This document shows positions 15,081 to 27,807 of a DNA stretch of 64,000 nucleotides, one piece after another (position 1 is the stretch's first letter; the number at the start of each line of letters is the position of its first letter). The DNA comes from the human T2T-CHM13v2.0 reference genome, Homo sapiens: assembly GCF_009914755.1 (NCBI RefSeq), contig NC_060926.1. One strand, written 5' to 3'. The translations under genes and the position numbers were made by a program. A model generated the notes under the pieces. That model was not told the DNA's origin. It worked only from the letters and a program-made list of their open reading frames with translations, and did no database searches.

Positions 15081-15999
15081 TGACCAACAAGATAATGTCC
15101 AAACAGCTTAACGAGAAACTTAAGACCTTTTAACAACTAGGTCTTTGTACCTCCCATCTCTCTACTTTTTTTCTCAAACATGCTGTTCTTTTTCATGTCT
15201 TGCATGACCTCTGCATATAGTAATTTCCCAACAGTTCTGCCTGTTCATCTTTGTCTCCTACGTTTTTCTACATTTTGCAGATTACTATTCTGGCTCCCCT
15301 CTTTCCTATTCTTCCAACTTGAGAAGGCTTGTTATTCCTCTGGGGCCCAATAGTACTTGATACATAGCTTACTATGAAAATTACAACTTGGTGTTGGATT
15401 TAGTAATTTACTCATTCACCCAGTAGTTCTTGAGTTCTCTAGAAGCAGGACAGTTCCAAGTTCTTCTTTAGTCTTGGTTCTCCAGCTCTCAGTCCTCACA
15501 GCACCCAGTCTAGAATAGGCACTGAATAAATGTTGAGAGAAACACAACATTTTCAAGGAAGGTATTATGATCTTTACACTAAAGGAGGTAATAAAGAGTT
15601 TCCAAGAACACTTCAAGATCTATTACTGTTATATTACAGGTGAAAGTTTATTTTAAATAAGAGATTATCTTAAGATATGGAATTAGCTAAAAGATTTAGG
15701 AACTCTGATCACTTATTGAAACCAGGTAATTTGAATCAGGATTCTCACACAAGTTTAGGATGGCCTAGTGGTCTGGCAACATGGCATCAAGTGAAACAGA
15801 TTTGGCAGTTCTGCTGTGATCCAGACTGGTAATTAAGTCTTCTTTTCTGTGTGGGCTGTTAATTGGTCTACCTGAAGAATTGCCAATCCCCATTTGTAGT
15901 CTGTAGACAGTATTATTTACTGTCAACAGATGTCAGCTATTATAGTGACCATCCTTAGTCTTCTTAATTACATCATACCCATCAACTGAAATCTAGAAC

Positions 16000-16485
16000 C
16001 AGGGTTCTTAACCAACTCTTGATGGTCATTGAAAAGATTTGGTGGCCTATGAACATGGATGGAAAACAATCACATATTAATTTTCACCAAGTTATAACTG
16101 AAGTATTTCCTTCAATTAATTACTGATATAGGCAACAAATACAATTGTATTGGGGGTACCTGATAACTTTTTGTCATTGATAGAAATCATCTATATTTTT
16201 ATACTGTATTATAGCAGTTATTTCTGCTTACAATTATTTCAAAATTACAATAGTTATTAGATGTGCTAATAAAGGAGCACATACACTATTATATCACACA
16301 TTTTGAAATATTTTGATATCTGTATTTCAAAATCAGTTGCTTTCTCTATAAGTGTTGTTTACATATTTAACACAGAATCCTATGTGTGCTATTTTATATA
16401 TTTAAAACATTATTCTGAGAGTGGATCCATATCTTTTAAGGGGATCTTGAAGTGGTCCATGACACCAGAAAGGTGAAGAACCTCC
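16000..16485. mobile_element. Probable non-autonomous hAT-Charlie element
   Basis: Imperfect terminal inverted repeats CAGGGTTCTTAACC / GGTGAAGAACCTCC. Family not identified. Confidence 0.4.
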
Positions 16486-19465
16486 ACTGTAGAAGGTAAG
16501 GTTAGGATTGAACTCTGTTGACGTTCACTGCATAACATAGTTTTGTAGGAGAATTTTTAAAAAGCAATAGAAAAAATATCAAGTTTACTTTGGATACTCA
16601 AGTGTCCATTTAAGGAGTTCATAAAATAAAACAATGATTAATGAATTATAGCAGAACATTTTCTCCTATTATGTACAAACTGCAAGTGAAATAGTCTTTG
16701 ATTTCTTGGGCCACATGCTCGCAGTACGGTAATAGTTAAATTAATTTCTAATATGTCTCATCTCATTATGGATCTGTGCAATAGTCTCTTTCAATTTTAA
16801 ATTGAACTTCAGGGGAGATTAAATACTTAGGTATTCCAGTTTGTATAAAATTTCTAGATTCATACAAATTAAACTTCCTCTGTCTAAATGACCCTAATCA
16901 TTCTAATTTAGCTAGATGGAGCTTATTTCCTTTTGACAGGGCTTGTCATGTTGAATCTTACCCAGGGAGATGAACAGCATGCCAAGTGGGTAATAAGTAT
17001 TCCAGATGTTGCCTTGCTGCTTTCCAACAAAGTTATTAATAAAAGTCAGTTGCTTCTTATCTTTTTTTATCCTCTAATATTGCTGAGAATCTAAACTTCC
17101 TTTCTCCCAATTAAGATATGGTAATTTAAAAGTACAGTAAATGGGCTGCTGCAGAGGAAGGTGATTTTTATATAAGTGGCTATCCATCATGAATGGTACA
17201 TCAGGGATTCTTAGGGCAATCTGAGGCTTGATGGGACTGTGGGTGGGAAAAAGTGAAGGAGAATATGAAAAAGATTTGACAGAGCTCTGAGTCTCAGATT
17301 GTTCATGTGTGCTGGGGAAGATTGAGCATCAAAAGAGCCATTTTATTTACTTTTGGCTGGAATAAGAATACAGGTGGGAATAGCTACCACTATAGCCACT
17401 TGATTAAAATTGATCTCCCCTAGTTAGACTGTGGTGGGAAGCCTTGAAAGACTCTTGGTCCACCTTCTATGCATACCTACATCCCGTCTCTGCAGCGGCC
17501 CTGAGAGGCCTCTATGCAACAACTACCAAGGTCCTTTGGTGGGAATTCACGTGTCTGTCATCAAGAAACTGAAATGAAAGTGTGTTTGGACTGCAGAGAG
17601 GAGAACAGTGGTGGCTGAAGGGAGATATGAGCCTGGAGAGAGATTCAGAGGCCAAAAGTTACAAGGCCTGATTTCAGGACAACTTCTACATAAAAACATG
17701 CCTTTTAAAGCTTACTGGAAATATCTAATTTTTATTAGGTATAAGAAAATTAGATATTATTCAGAGCTAGGAAAAGCCTAATCATAATAGATAATGTTAA
17801 TTATAATACTTTGCCAGTGTGATGGCTTGAGTCTCTTTCAAAACACTTTGGGCTTGGTGGATTTTATGTGAATTTTCCTTCAATTAAAAAAAACTGGGCT
17901 TCCTTTTACTTTGCTCTCTCTCCTTTTAAATTCAAAGCCATGGAAAAGCTTTTGTATTTTAAAAGGTATAGAGGGGTGGTTAATATTACTTTAGAGAAAG
18001 AAGAGATGTAAATAATTGGCAAAGTGAAATAAAGTTATTTTCAGAAAACAGTCTTAATCAGCAACAGAACTCACATTTGCACATTCATATATATATATAC
18101 ACACAGCCTTGCACTGTCTCTCATCCTTTGATTTTGGTTATAGCTAACAATAACCTGACATCTAGTTTAAACCACTTTGAACTTTAAAGTGGAAGAAATT
18201 TTGCATTAACACCATGTTTGCTATGAAATCAGTACTTCCAGCGTTTCCAATATGCTTGAATGGTTATGTGGATTTTTTTATTCAGACACAATTTCCTCAA
18301 ATGTCAACAAAGAAATGCCATTCTGGGTGCAAATATTTTTCTCTCCTATCATCTCCATTAGTTTTTCAACTTTATTAACTATTGAAATTATTAAACTGAG
18401 CTATACTGACATCTGCTGGACAAAAATCTGCCTTAATAATTAGACAGATTTAATAACTAGGTAGTTACTATTGAGTAGGAAGCAAAGCTATATTAAACAA
18501 AATAGAAAGTAAAACTAAGTTAAACATAGCATCATTAACTTATATGTAATACATCTAAGTAAACATTTCTAAGTCCATTTCTCTAGCTGGTGAAATTGTT
18601 ATTTCAATTTGGTGGTTTAACACACATTTTCTGTGCACCCATAAGCATTACACACTGCATATACTCAGAGGGTCTGGTGTAGATAACAGGGTCCTTTCTT
18701 GAAAGGAGTGGAGGGTCTGGTGGGGAAGACATACTGTATATATAAACAGATATTTTCGCGAGTGTTCTCTCCAAGCTGCCTTCTGTCAGCATCACAGTGG
18801 ATGGTCCTGTACCCATTGTTCCCAGAACATCTTTGTGCAGGGAACAAACCAGAGCAGGATCATTTTGTCTGTTAAGCAATACAGACATAGTTATTTGGGC
18901 ATAGGAATTTTTCATGGGCCTATAAATATGGGTGTGTATTCTAAAATGCAACACAACAACAGAAAATTAAGATTACCAAATTTCAAATTAAATGTCTATA
19001 GAAAATATAATGTTAACTTCTCTATTTTTAAAACTGAGTATTCATGAATTTTAGGTTAGACACCTTCACTTCTCAGGAATTCCTGGTTATGTGTGATGAG
19101 TTCTAAAAAATCACAGCCAATTATTAAAACCATTAAACAATATTTGTAGCCAAATATTGTCAAAAGAAAAAGCATAACAATCTTTTAAAAATTTATTAAA
19201 ATTTTAATAGAAAAATTAAAGTGAAATGTACATGCACTTTTAATGTACTTGAGGTAACGTGGGGAGAGATTATGATGATCTTTTAATTGCCTTTTAATTG
19301 AGCTAAGACAGAAGCTGAGCAGAAAAGGGGTTGGGATGTGCATGCTCTCAAAGGGAGGGTGTACTACAGTTACGGAGAGGAGAAGTCATGAGCAAAAGAA
19401 CAGAAGTATGACTGATTGACTGACTATAGATCGAATTGGAATAAAGGGATGATTGATATTGAAAC

Positions 19466-19652
19466 AGTGGTTTTCAAACTTGACCAACATCACAATCACT
19501 TGGAGGATTTGTTAAGGCATATTGCTATTCCCTGCCTCCAGAGTTTTTGACTTAGCAGGTCTTGATTGGACCCTAGAATGTGCATTTCTGTCAAGTTCTC
19601 GGTAATAAAAATTTATGTTGCTGTTCCACACTGCATTTTGAAAACCAATGGT
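19466..19652. mobile_element. MER5A-like MITE
   Basis: CAGTGGTTTTCAAACT ... TTTGAAAACCAATG terminal repeats, ~190 bp. Confidence 0.7.
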
Positions 19653-20019
19653 CTGAGATAATATGCAACTTTTTTTGCCTTGAACACCCAGGTATTTGGT
19701 AATACTATTAATTGTCTTAGGAAGTTCAGATGAAGGGACAACATAGAGGAGTGGGAAATAGAAAAGATGATGAATTTGGCTTTTTTAAGGAAACAGAAGA
19801 AAATCCATCAAAGCCAAACCTACAGAAGGTCTTCTAGTATGCCTCAATAAAATGTGAAAGCAACTCCTGTTATTCAAAGTAATATTATTTTCTTATTTTA
19901 AAATCTTATTTTAACTCAAGTTAAAGCATTGAAGTTACCTAAGATGCTAGTATTTGATACATGATACATTGGAATCTGTGTTTTACCCTGGTTTATAAAT
20001 AGCTTAAAATCCACTTTTA

Positions 20020-23000
20020 TTTATTTATTTTTTATTATACTTTAAGTTCTGGGGTACATGAGCAGAACGTGCAGTTTTTTTACATAGGTATACACGTGTC
20101 TTAGTGATTTTCTGCACCTATCAACCTGTCACCTACATTAGGTATTTCTCCTAATGCTATCCCTCCCCTAGACCCTCACCTCTTGACAGGCCCCGGTGTC
20201 CATATGTTCTCATTGTTCCCCTCTCTGTGTCCCCGGTGATGCTCCCCTCTCTGTGTCCATATGTTCTCATTGTTCAGCTCCCAATTATGAGTGAGAACAT
20301 GTGCTGTTTGGTTTTCTGTTCTTGTGTTAGTTTGCTGAGAATGATAGTTTCCAGCTTCATCCATGTCCCTGCAAAGGATGTGAACTCATCCTTTCCATTG
20401 GCTGCATAGTATTCCATGGTTTGTATGTGCCACATTTTCCTTATCCAGTCCATCATTGATAGACATTTGAGTTAGTTCCAAGTCTTTGCTATTGTGAATA
20501 GTACTGCAATAAACATACGTGTGCATGTGTCTATAGTAGAATGATTTATAATCCTTTGGGTATATACCCAGTAATGGGATTGCTGGGTCAAACGGTATTT
20601 CTTGTTCCAGATCCTTGAGGAATCGCCACACTGTCTTCCACAATGGTTGAACTAATTTACACTCCCACCAACAGTGTAAAAGCGTTTCTATTTCTCCACA
20701 TCCTCTCCAGCATCTGTTGTTTCCTGAGTTTTTAATGATTGCAATTTGATACACGATACATTGGAATCTGTGTTTTACACTAGTTTATAAATAGCTTCTA
20801 ATTGGTGTGAGATGGTATCTCACTGAGGTTTTGATTTGCATTTTTCTAATGACCAGTGATGATGAGCTTTTTTCCATATGTTTTTTTCTTGACTACATAA
20901 ATGTCTTCTTCTGAAAAGTGTCTCTTCATAGCCTTCACCCACTTTTTGATGGGGTTGTTTTTCTCTTGTGAATTTGTTGAAGTTCCTTGTAGATTCTGGG
21001 TATTAGCCCTTTTGTCAGATAGATAGATTGCAAAAAATTTCTCCCAGTCTGTAGGTTGCCTGTTCACTCTGATGATAGTTTCTTCTGCTGTGCAGAAGCT
21101 CTTTACTTTAATTAGATCCCATTTGTCAATTTTGGCTTTTGTTGCCATTGATTTTGGTGTTTTAGACATGAAGTCTTTGCCCATGCCTATGTCCTGAATG
21201 GTATTGCCTAGGTTTTCTTTTAGGATTTGTATGATTTTAGGTCTTACATTTAAGTCTTTAATCTATCTTGAGTTAATTTTTCTATAAGGTGTATGGAAGG
21301 GGTCCAGTTTCAGTTTTCTGCATATGGCTGGCCAGTTATCCCAACACCATTTATTAAATAGGAAGTCCTTTCCCCATTGCTTGTTTTTGTCAGGTTTGTC
21401 AAAGATCAGATGGTTGTAGATGTATGGTGTTATTTCTGAGGCCTCTGTTCTGTTCTAGTAGTCTATATATCTCTTTTGGTACCAGTATCATGGTGTTTTG
21501 GTTACTGTAGCCTTGTAGTATTGTTTGAAGTCAGGTATCATGAAACCTCCAGCTTTGTTCTTTTTGCTTAGGATTGTCTTGGCTATGTGGGCTCTTTTTC
21601 ATTTCCATATGAAGTTTAAAGTAGTTTTTTCTAATTCTGTGAAGAAAGTCAATGGTAGCTTGATGGGGATAGCATTGACTCTAGAAATTACTTTGGGCAG
21701 TATGGCCATTTTCATGATATTGATTCTTCCTATCCTTGAGCATGGGATGTTTTTCCATTTGTTTGTGTCCTCTCTTATTTCCTTGAGCAGTGATTTGTAG
21801 TTCTCCTTGAAGAGGTCCTTCACATCCCTTGTAAGTTGTATTCCTAGGTATTTTATTCTCTTTGTAACAATTGTGAATGGGAGTTCACTCATAATTTGGC
21901 TCTCTGTTCGTCTGTTATTGATGCATAAGGGTGCTTGTGATTTTTGCACATTGATTTTGTGTCCTGAGACTTTGCTGAATTTGCTTATCAGCTTAAGGAG
22001 ATGTTGGGCTGAGATGGTGGGGTTTTCTAAATATAAAATCATGTCATCTGCAAACAGAGACAATTTGACTTCCTCTCTTCCTATTCGAATACTCTGTTTA
22101 TTAGCATGAAGGAGCATTGAATTTTGTCGAAGGCCTTTTCTGCATCTATTGAGATAATCATGTGGTTTTTGTCATTGGTTCTCTGTATGTGATGGATTAC
22201 ATTTATTGATTTGTGTGTATTGAACCAGCCTTGCATCCCAGATATGAAGCCAACGTAATCATGGTGGATAAGCTTTTTGATGTGCTGCTGGATTTGGTTT
22301 GCCAGTATTTTATTGAGAATTTTTTCATCGATGTTCCTCAGGGATATTGGCCTGACATTTTCTTTTTTTGTTGTGTCTCTGCCAGGTTTTGGTATGAGGA
22401 TGATGCTGGCCTCATAAAATGAGTTAGGGAAGAGTCCCTCTTTTTCTATTGTTTGGAATAGTTTCAGAAGGAATAGTACCAGCTCCTCTTTGTACCTCTG
22501 GTAGAAGTCGGCTGTGAATCCGTCAGGTCCTGGACTTTTTTTGGTTGGTAGGGTGTTAATTACTGCTTCAGTTTCAGAACTTGTTATTGGTTTATTCAGG
22601 GATTCGACTTCTTCCTGGTTTAGACTTAGGAGGGTGTATGTGTTCAGGAATTTTCCATTTCTTCTAGATTTTTTAGTTTATTTGCATAGAGGTGTTTATA
22701 GTATTCTCTGATGGTAGTTTATATTTCTGTGTGATCAATGGTGATATCCCCTTTTTCATTTTTCAGTGTGTCTATTTGATTCTTCTCTCTTTTCTTATTA
22801 GTCTTGCTAGTGGTCTATCTATTTTGTTGATCTTTTCAAAAAACCAGCTCCCGGATTCATTGATTTTTTTTGTAGGGTTTTTGTGTCTCTATCTCCTTCA
22901 GTTCTGCTCTGATCTTAGTTATTTCTTGTCTTCTGCTGGCTTTTGAATTTGTTTGTTCTTGCTTCTCTAGTTGTTTTAATTGTGATGTTAGTGTGTCAAT

Positions 23001-23681
23001 TTTAGATATTTCCTGCTTTCTTTTGTGGGCATTTAGTGCTATAAATTTCCCTCTACACACTGCTTTAAATATGTCCCAGAGATTCTAGTACATTGTATCT
23101 TTGTTCTTTTTGGTTTCAAAGAACATCTTTATTTCTGTCTTAATTTTGTTATTTACCCAGTAGTCACTTAGGAGCAGATTGTTCAGTTTCCTTGTAGTTG
23201 TGTGGTTTTGAGTGAATTTCTTAATCCTGAGTTCTAATTTGATTGCACTGTGGTCTGAGAGACTGTTTGTTATGATATCCATTTGATTGCATTTGCTGAG
23301 GAGTGTTTTACTTCAATCTATGTGGTCAAGTTTAGAATAAGTGCAATGAGGCGCTGAGAAGAATGTATAGGCTGTTGATTTGGGGTGGAGAGTTCTGTAG
23401 ATGTCTATTAGATCTGCTTGGTCCAGAGCTCAGTTCAAGTCCTAAATATTCATGTTAATTTTCTGTCTCGTTGATCTGTCTAATGTTGACAGTGGGGTGT
23501 TAAAGTCTCTCACTATTATTGTGTGGGAGTCTAAGTCTCTTTGCAGGTCTCTAAGAATATATATATATATATATATATATATGCAACAAGAAGAGCTAAT
23601 ATATATATATATATAAACAAGAAATAACTATATATAGTTAACAAGAAATAACTATACATATATAACTATATTTATTTCTTG

Positions 23682-23724
<43 letters not shown>

Positions 23725-26439
23725 CTCTTCTTGTTGCATTGATCCCTTTACCATTATGTAATGCCGTTCTTTGTCTCTTTTGATCTTTGTTGGTTTAAAA
23801 TCTGTTTTTTCAGAGACTAGGATTACAACCCCTGCTTTTTGCTTTTTTTTGGTTTCCATTTGCTTGGTAAATATTCCTCCATCCCTTTATTTTGAACCTA
23901 TGTGTGTCTTTGCACATGAGATATGTCTCCTGAATACAGCACACCGATGGGTCTTGACTCTTTTTCCAATTTGCCAGTCTGTGTCTTCTAATTGGGGCAT
24001 TTAGCCCATTTACAATTAAAGTTAATATTGTTATGTGTGAATTTGATCCTATCATTATGATGGTAGCTGGTTATTTTTTCCGTTTCTGATGCTGTTTCTT
24101 CATAGCATTGATGGTCTTTACAATTTGGCATGTTTTTGCAGTAGCCGTTACTGGTTGTTCCTTTCCATATTTAGTGCTTCCTTCAGGAGCTCTTGTAATG
24201 CAGGCCTGGTGGTGACAAAATCTCTCAGCATTTGCTTGTCTGTAAAGGATTTTATTTCTCCTTTGCTTATGAAGCCTAGTTTGGCTGGATATGAAATTCT
24301 GTGTTGAAAATTCTTTTAAGAATGTTGAATATTGGCCCCCACTCCCTTCTGGCTTGTAGGGTTTCAGCCGAGAGACCTGATGTTAGTCTGATGGGCTTCC
24401 CTTTGTGGGTAACCTGACCTTTCTCTCTGGCTGCCCTTAACATTTTTTCCTTCATTTCAACCTTGGTGGATCTGACAATTATGTGTCTTGGGATTGCTCT
24501 TCTCGAGTAGTATCTTTGTGGTGTTCTCTGTATTTTTAAAATTTGAATGTTGGCCCATCTTGCTAGGTTGGGGAAGTTCTCCTGGATAATATCCTGAAGA
24601 GTGTTTTCCAACTTGGTTTCATTATCCCCATCACTGTCAGGTACACCAATCAAATGTGGATTTTGTCTTTTCACATAGTCTGATATTTCTTGAAGGGTTT
24701 GTTTGTTCCTTTTCATTCTTTTTTTTTTTTCTAATCTTCTCACTTTATATCATTAAGTTCATCTTCAATCTCTGATATCCTTTCTTCCTCTTGATTGATT
24801 TGGCTATTGATACTTGTGTATGCTTTACAAAGTTCTCATGCTGTGTTTTTCAGCTCCATCAGGTCATTTACATTCTTTAAACTGGTTATTCTAGTTTGCA
24901 ATTCATCTAACTTTTTTTTTGAGGTTCTTAGCTTCCTTGCGTTGGGTTAGAACATGTTCCTTTAGCTCAAAGGGGTTTGTTACTACCCGCCTTCCAAAAC
25001 CTGCTTCTGTCAATTCATCAAACTCATTTTCCATCCAGTTTTTTTTCCCTTGCTGGTGAGGAGTTGTGATCCTTTGGAGGAGAAGAGGCTTTCTGGTTTT
25101 TGGAATTTTCAGCCTTTTTGCACTGGTTTCTCCCCATCTTTTTGGATTTATCTACCTTTGGTCTTTGATATTGGTGACCTTCGTATGGGGCCTCTGAGTG
25201 GATGTGCTATTCCTTTCTGTTTGTTAGTTTTCCTTCTAACAGGCCCGTCTGCTTCAGGTCTGTTGGAGTTTGCTGGAGGTCCACTCCAGACCCTGTTTTT
25301 CTAGGTATCACCAGTGAAGGCTGCAGAACAGCAAAGATTGCTGCCTGTTCTTTCCTCTGGGAGCTTTGTCCCAGAAGGGCATCCACCAGATGCCAGCCAG
25401 GGCTCTCCTGTATGAGATGTCTCTCAGCCCCTACTGGGAGGTGTCTCCCAGTCAGGGACCCACCTGAGGAGGCAGTCTGACCCTTAGCAGAGCTCGAACA
25501 CTGTGCTGGGAGATCCACTGCTCTCTTCATAGCCTTCAGGCAGGGATGTTTAAGTCTGCTGAAGCTGCACCCACAGCCACCCCTTCCCCCAGGTGCTCTG
25601 TCCCAGGGAGATGAGGGTTTTTATAAGTCCCTGACTGGGGCTGCTGCCCTTTTTTCAGAGATGCCCTGCCCAGAGAGGAGTAATCTAGAGAGGCAGTCTG
25701 GCCACAGTGGCCTTGCTGAGCTACAGTAGGCTCTGCCCAGTTTGAACTTCCCCATGGCTTTGTTTACACTGTGAGGGTAAAACCACCTCCTCAAGCCTCA
25801 GCAATGGCAGACGCCCCTCTTCCCACCAAGCTCGAGTGTCCCAGGTCAACCTGACTGTTGTGCTGGCAGCGAGAATTTCAAGCCTGTGGATCTTAGCTTG
25901 CTGGCCTCCTTGGGGTGGGACCCACCAAGCCATACCACTTGGCTCCCTGGCTTCAGCCCCCTTTCCAGGGGAGTGAATGGTTCTGTCTCACTGGCATTCC
26001 AGGCACCACTGGGGTATGGAAAAAAAAATAACTCCTGCAGCTAGCTCAGTGTCTGCCCAAATGGATGCCCAGTTTTGTGCTTGAAACCCAGGGCCCTGGT
26101 GGTGTAGGCACTGGAGGGAATCTCCTGGTGTGTGGGTTGCGAAGACTGTGGGAAAAGTGCACTATCTGGGCTGGAGTGCACCATTCCTCAGGCACAGTCC
26201 TTCATGGTTTCCCTTGGGTAGGGGAGAGAATTCCCTGACCCCTTGTGCTTCCCGGGTGAGGCGACACCCCATCTGCTTTGGTTTGTCCTCCACAGGCTGC
26301 ACCCACTGTCTAACCAGTCCCAATGAGATGAACCGGGTACCTCAAGTGGAAATGCAGAAATCACCTGCCTTGTGCATCAGTCTCTCTGGGAGCTGCAGAC
26401 CAGAGCTGTTCCTATTTGGCCATCTTGCCAGCAGTCTCA
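20020..26439 (-). mobile_element. Full-length inactive L1PA (about L1PA7/8 age)
   Basis: 5' UTR, ORF1 (24276..24743) and ORF2 EN/RT fragments ([15 protein letters not shown]), 3' UTR and A-rich tail. 14-bp TSD AAAATCCACTTTTA at 20006-20019 and 26440-26453. Many stops and frameshifts. Confidence 0.95.
23557..23739. repeat. (TA)n microsatellites within an AT-rich inverted repeat inside the L1
   Basis: ATGCAACAAGAAGAGCTAAT(AT)n at 23581 is the reverse complement of (TA)nTTAGCTCTTCTTGTTGCAT ending at 23739. Confidence 0.9.
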
Positions 26440-27432
26440 AAAATCCACTTTTAATAATGAAATTTAATATAACATTTTCAGAACTGCTTCAGACTTGAGC
26501 TTGAAAATGACCAATCTGGCACAAAATTCTCAATGTATGGCAAGTATTGTGAAGCTCAAAGTGGTGAAGTGATATTTAAATGTAAGGTACAATATTGTTA
26601 AGTACAATATGGTATAGCAGATGTCTAGAATTTTTTCATCTTGCATGACTGAAACTCTATACTCATTGAACTTCCCATTTTTCCCCTTCCCCCAGCCCCT
26701 AGAAACCATCATTCTTCTTTCTGCTATTATGCATTTGACTATTTTAGGTATCTCATATAAGTGGAATCATGAAGTATTTATCCTTCTGTGATGGGCTTAT
26801 TTCACCTAGTGTAATGTCCTCAAAGTTCATACAGGTTGTAGCATATGTCAGAATTTCCTCCTTTTTTATGGCTGATAATATTCTATTGTATGTACATACC
26901 ACATTTTCTTTATCCATTTATCCATGGATAGATTATACCACTTGGCTACTGTGAATAATGTTCCAATAAACATGAGAGGACAGATATCTCTTTGAGATTC
27001 TGATTTCAGTTCTCTTGGAAAAATATCCAGAAGTGGTATTCCTGAATTACATGGTGGTTCTGTTTTTCATTTTTAGAAGAAACTCCATACTGTTTTCCAT
27101 AATGGCTACACCATTTTAGATTTGCATTAACCATGTGAAAGCATTCCAATTTGTCCACATCCTTGCCGACACGTGTTATTTTCTGTATTTTTTTTTGTAT
27201 TTTTTGTTTTTAATAATGGTCATCCTAGCAGGTATGATATGTTACCTCATTGTAATTTTGATTTGCATTTTTCTGATGATTCGTGATGTTGAGCATCTTT
27301 TCATATACTTGTTGAACATTTGTATGTCATCTTTAGAGAAGTGTCTATTCAGGTACTTTGCCCATTTTAATTATATATATTTTTTGCTATTGAGTTATAG
27401 GAGCTCATTACATGCTTTAGATATTAACCCCT

Positions 27433-27793
27433 TGCTATTGTCTGAATTTTGTGTCCTTTTAAAATTCATATGTTAAAATCTAATCCTCAATGTGTTTGTA
27501 TTAAGAGGTAGAACCTTTGGGAGGTGACTAGGTCATGAGGGCATAGCTCTCATCACTGGAACTGGTGCCTTTATAGGACCAACTGAGGGAGCTCATTTGC
27601 CTCTTCTGCCATGTGAGGATGCAGCAAGAAGGCACCATCTTTGAAGCAGAGAGAGAGCCCTCATCAGACACAGAATCTGCTGGTATCTTGATCTAGGACT
27701 TTCTAGCATCCAAAACTAAGAGCAATAAAATTGTTGTTTATAAATTACCCAGTCTAAGATATTTTGTTACAGTAGCCCAAACAGACTAAGACA
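27433..27793 (+). mobile_element. MLT1A-type MaLR solo LTR
   Basis: TGCTATTGTCTGAAT..CAGACTAAGACA with 5-bp TSD CCCCT (27428-27432, 27794-27798). Confidence 0.85.
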
Positions 27794-27807
27794 CCCCTTA
27801 TTATATA

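Noticed and set aside
20176-26498. Many ORFs suggesting an active L1
   Set aside because: ORF1 and ORF2 are fragmented by stops, frameshifts, a deletion near 22095 and the TA palindrome.
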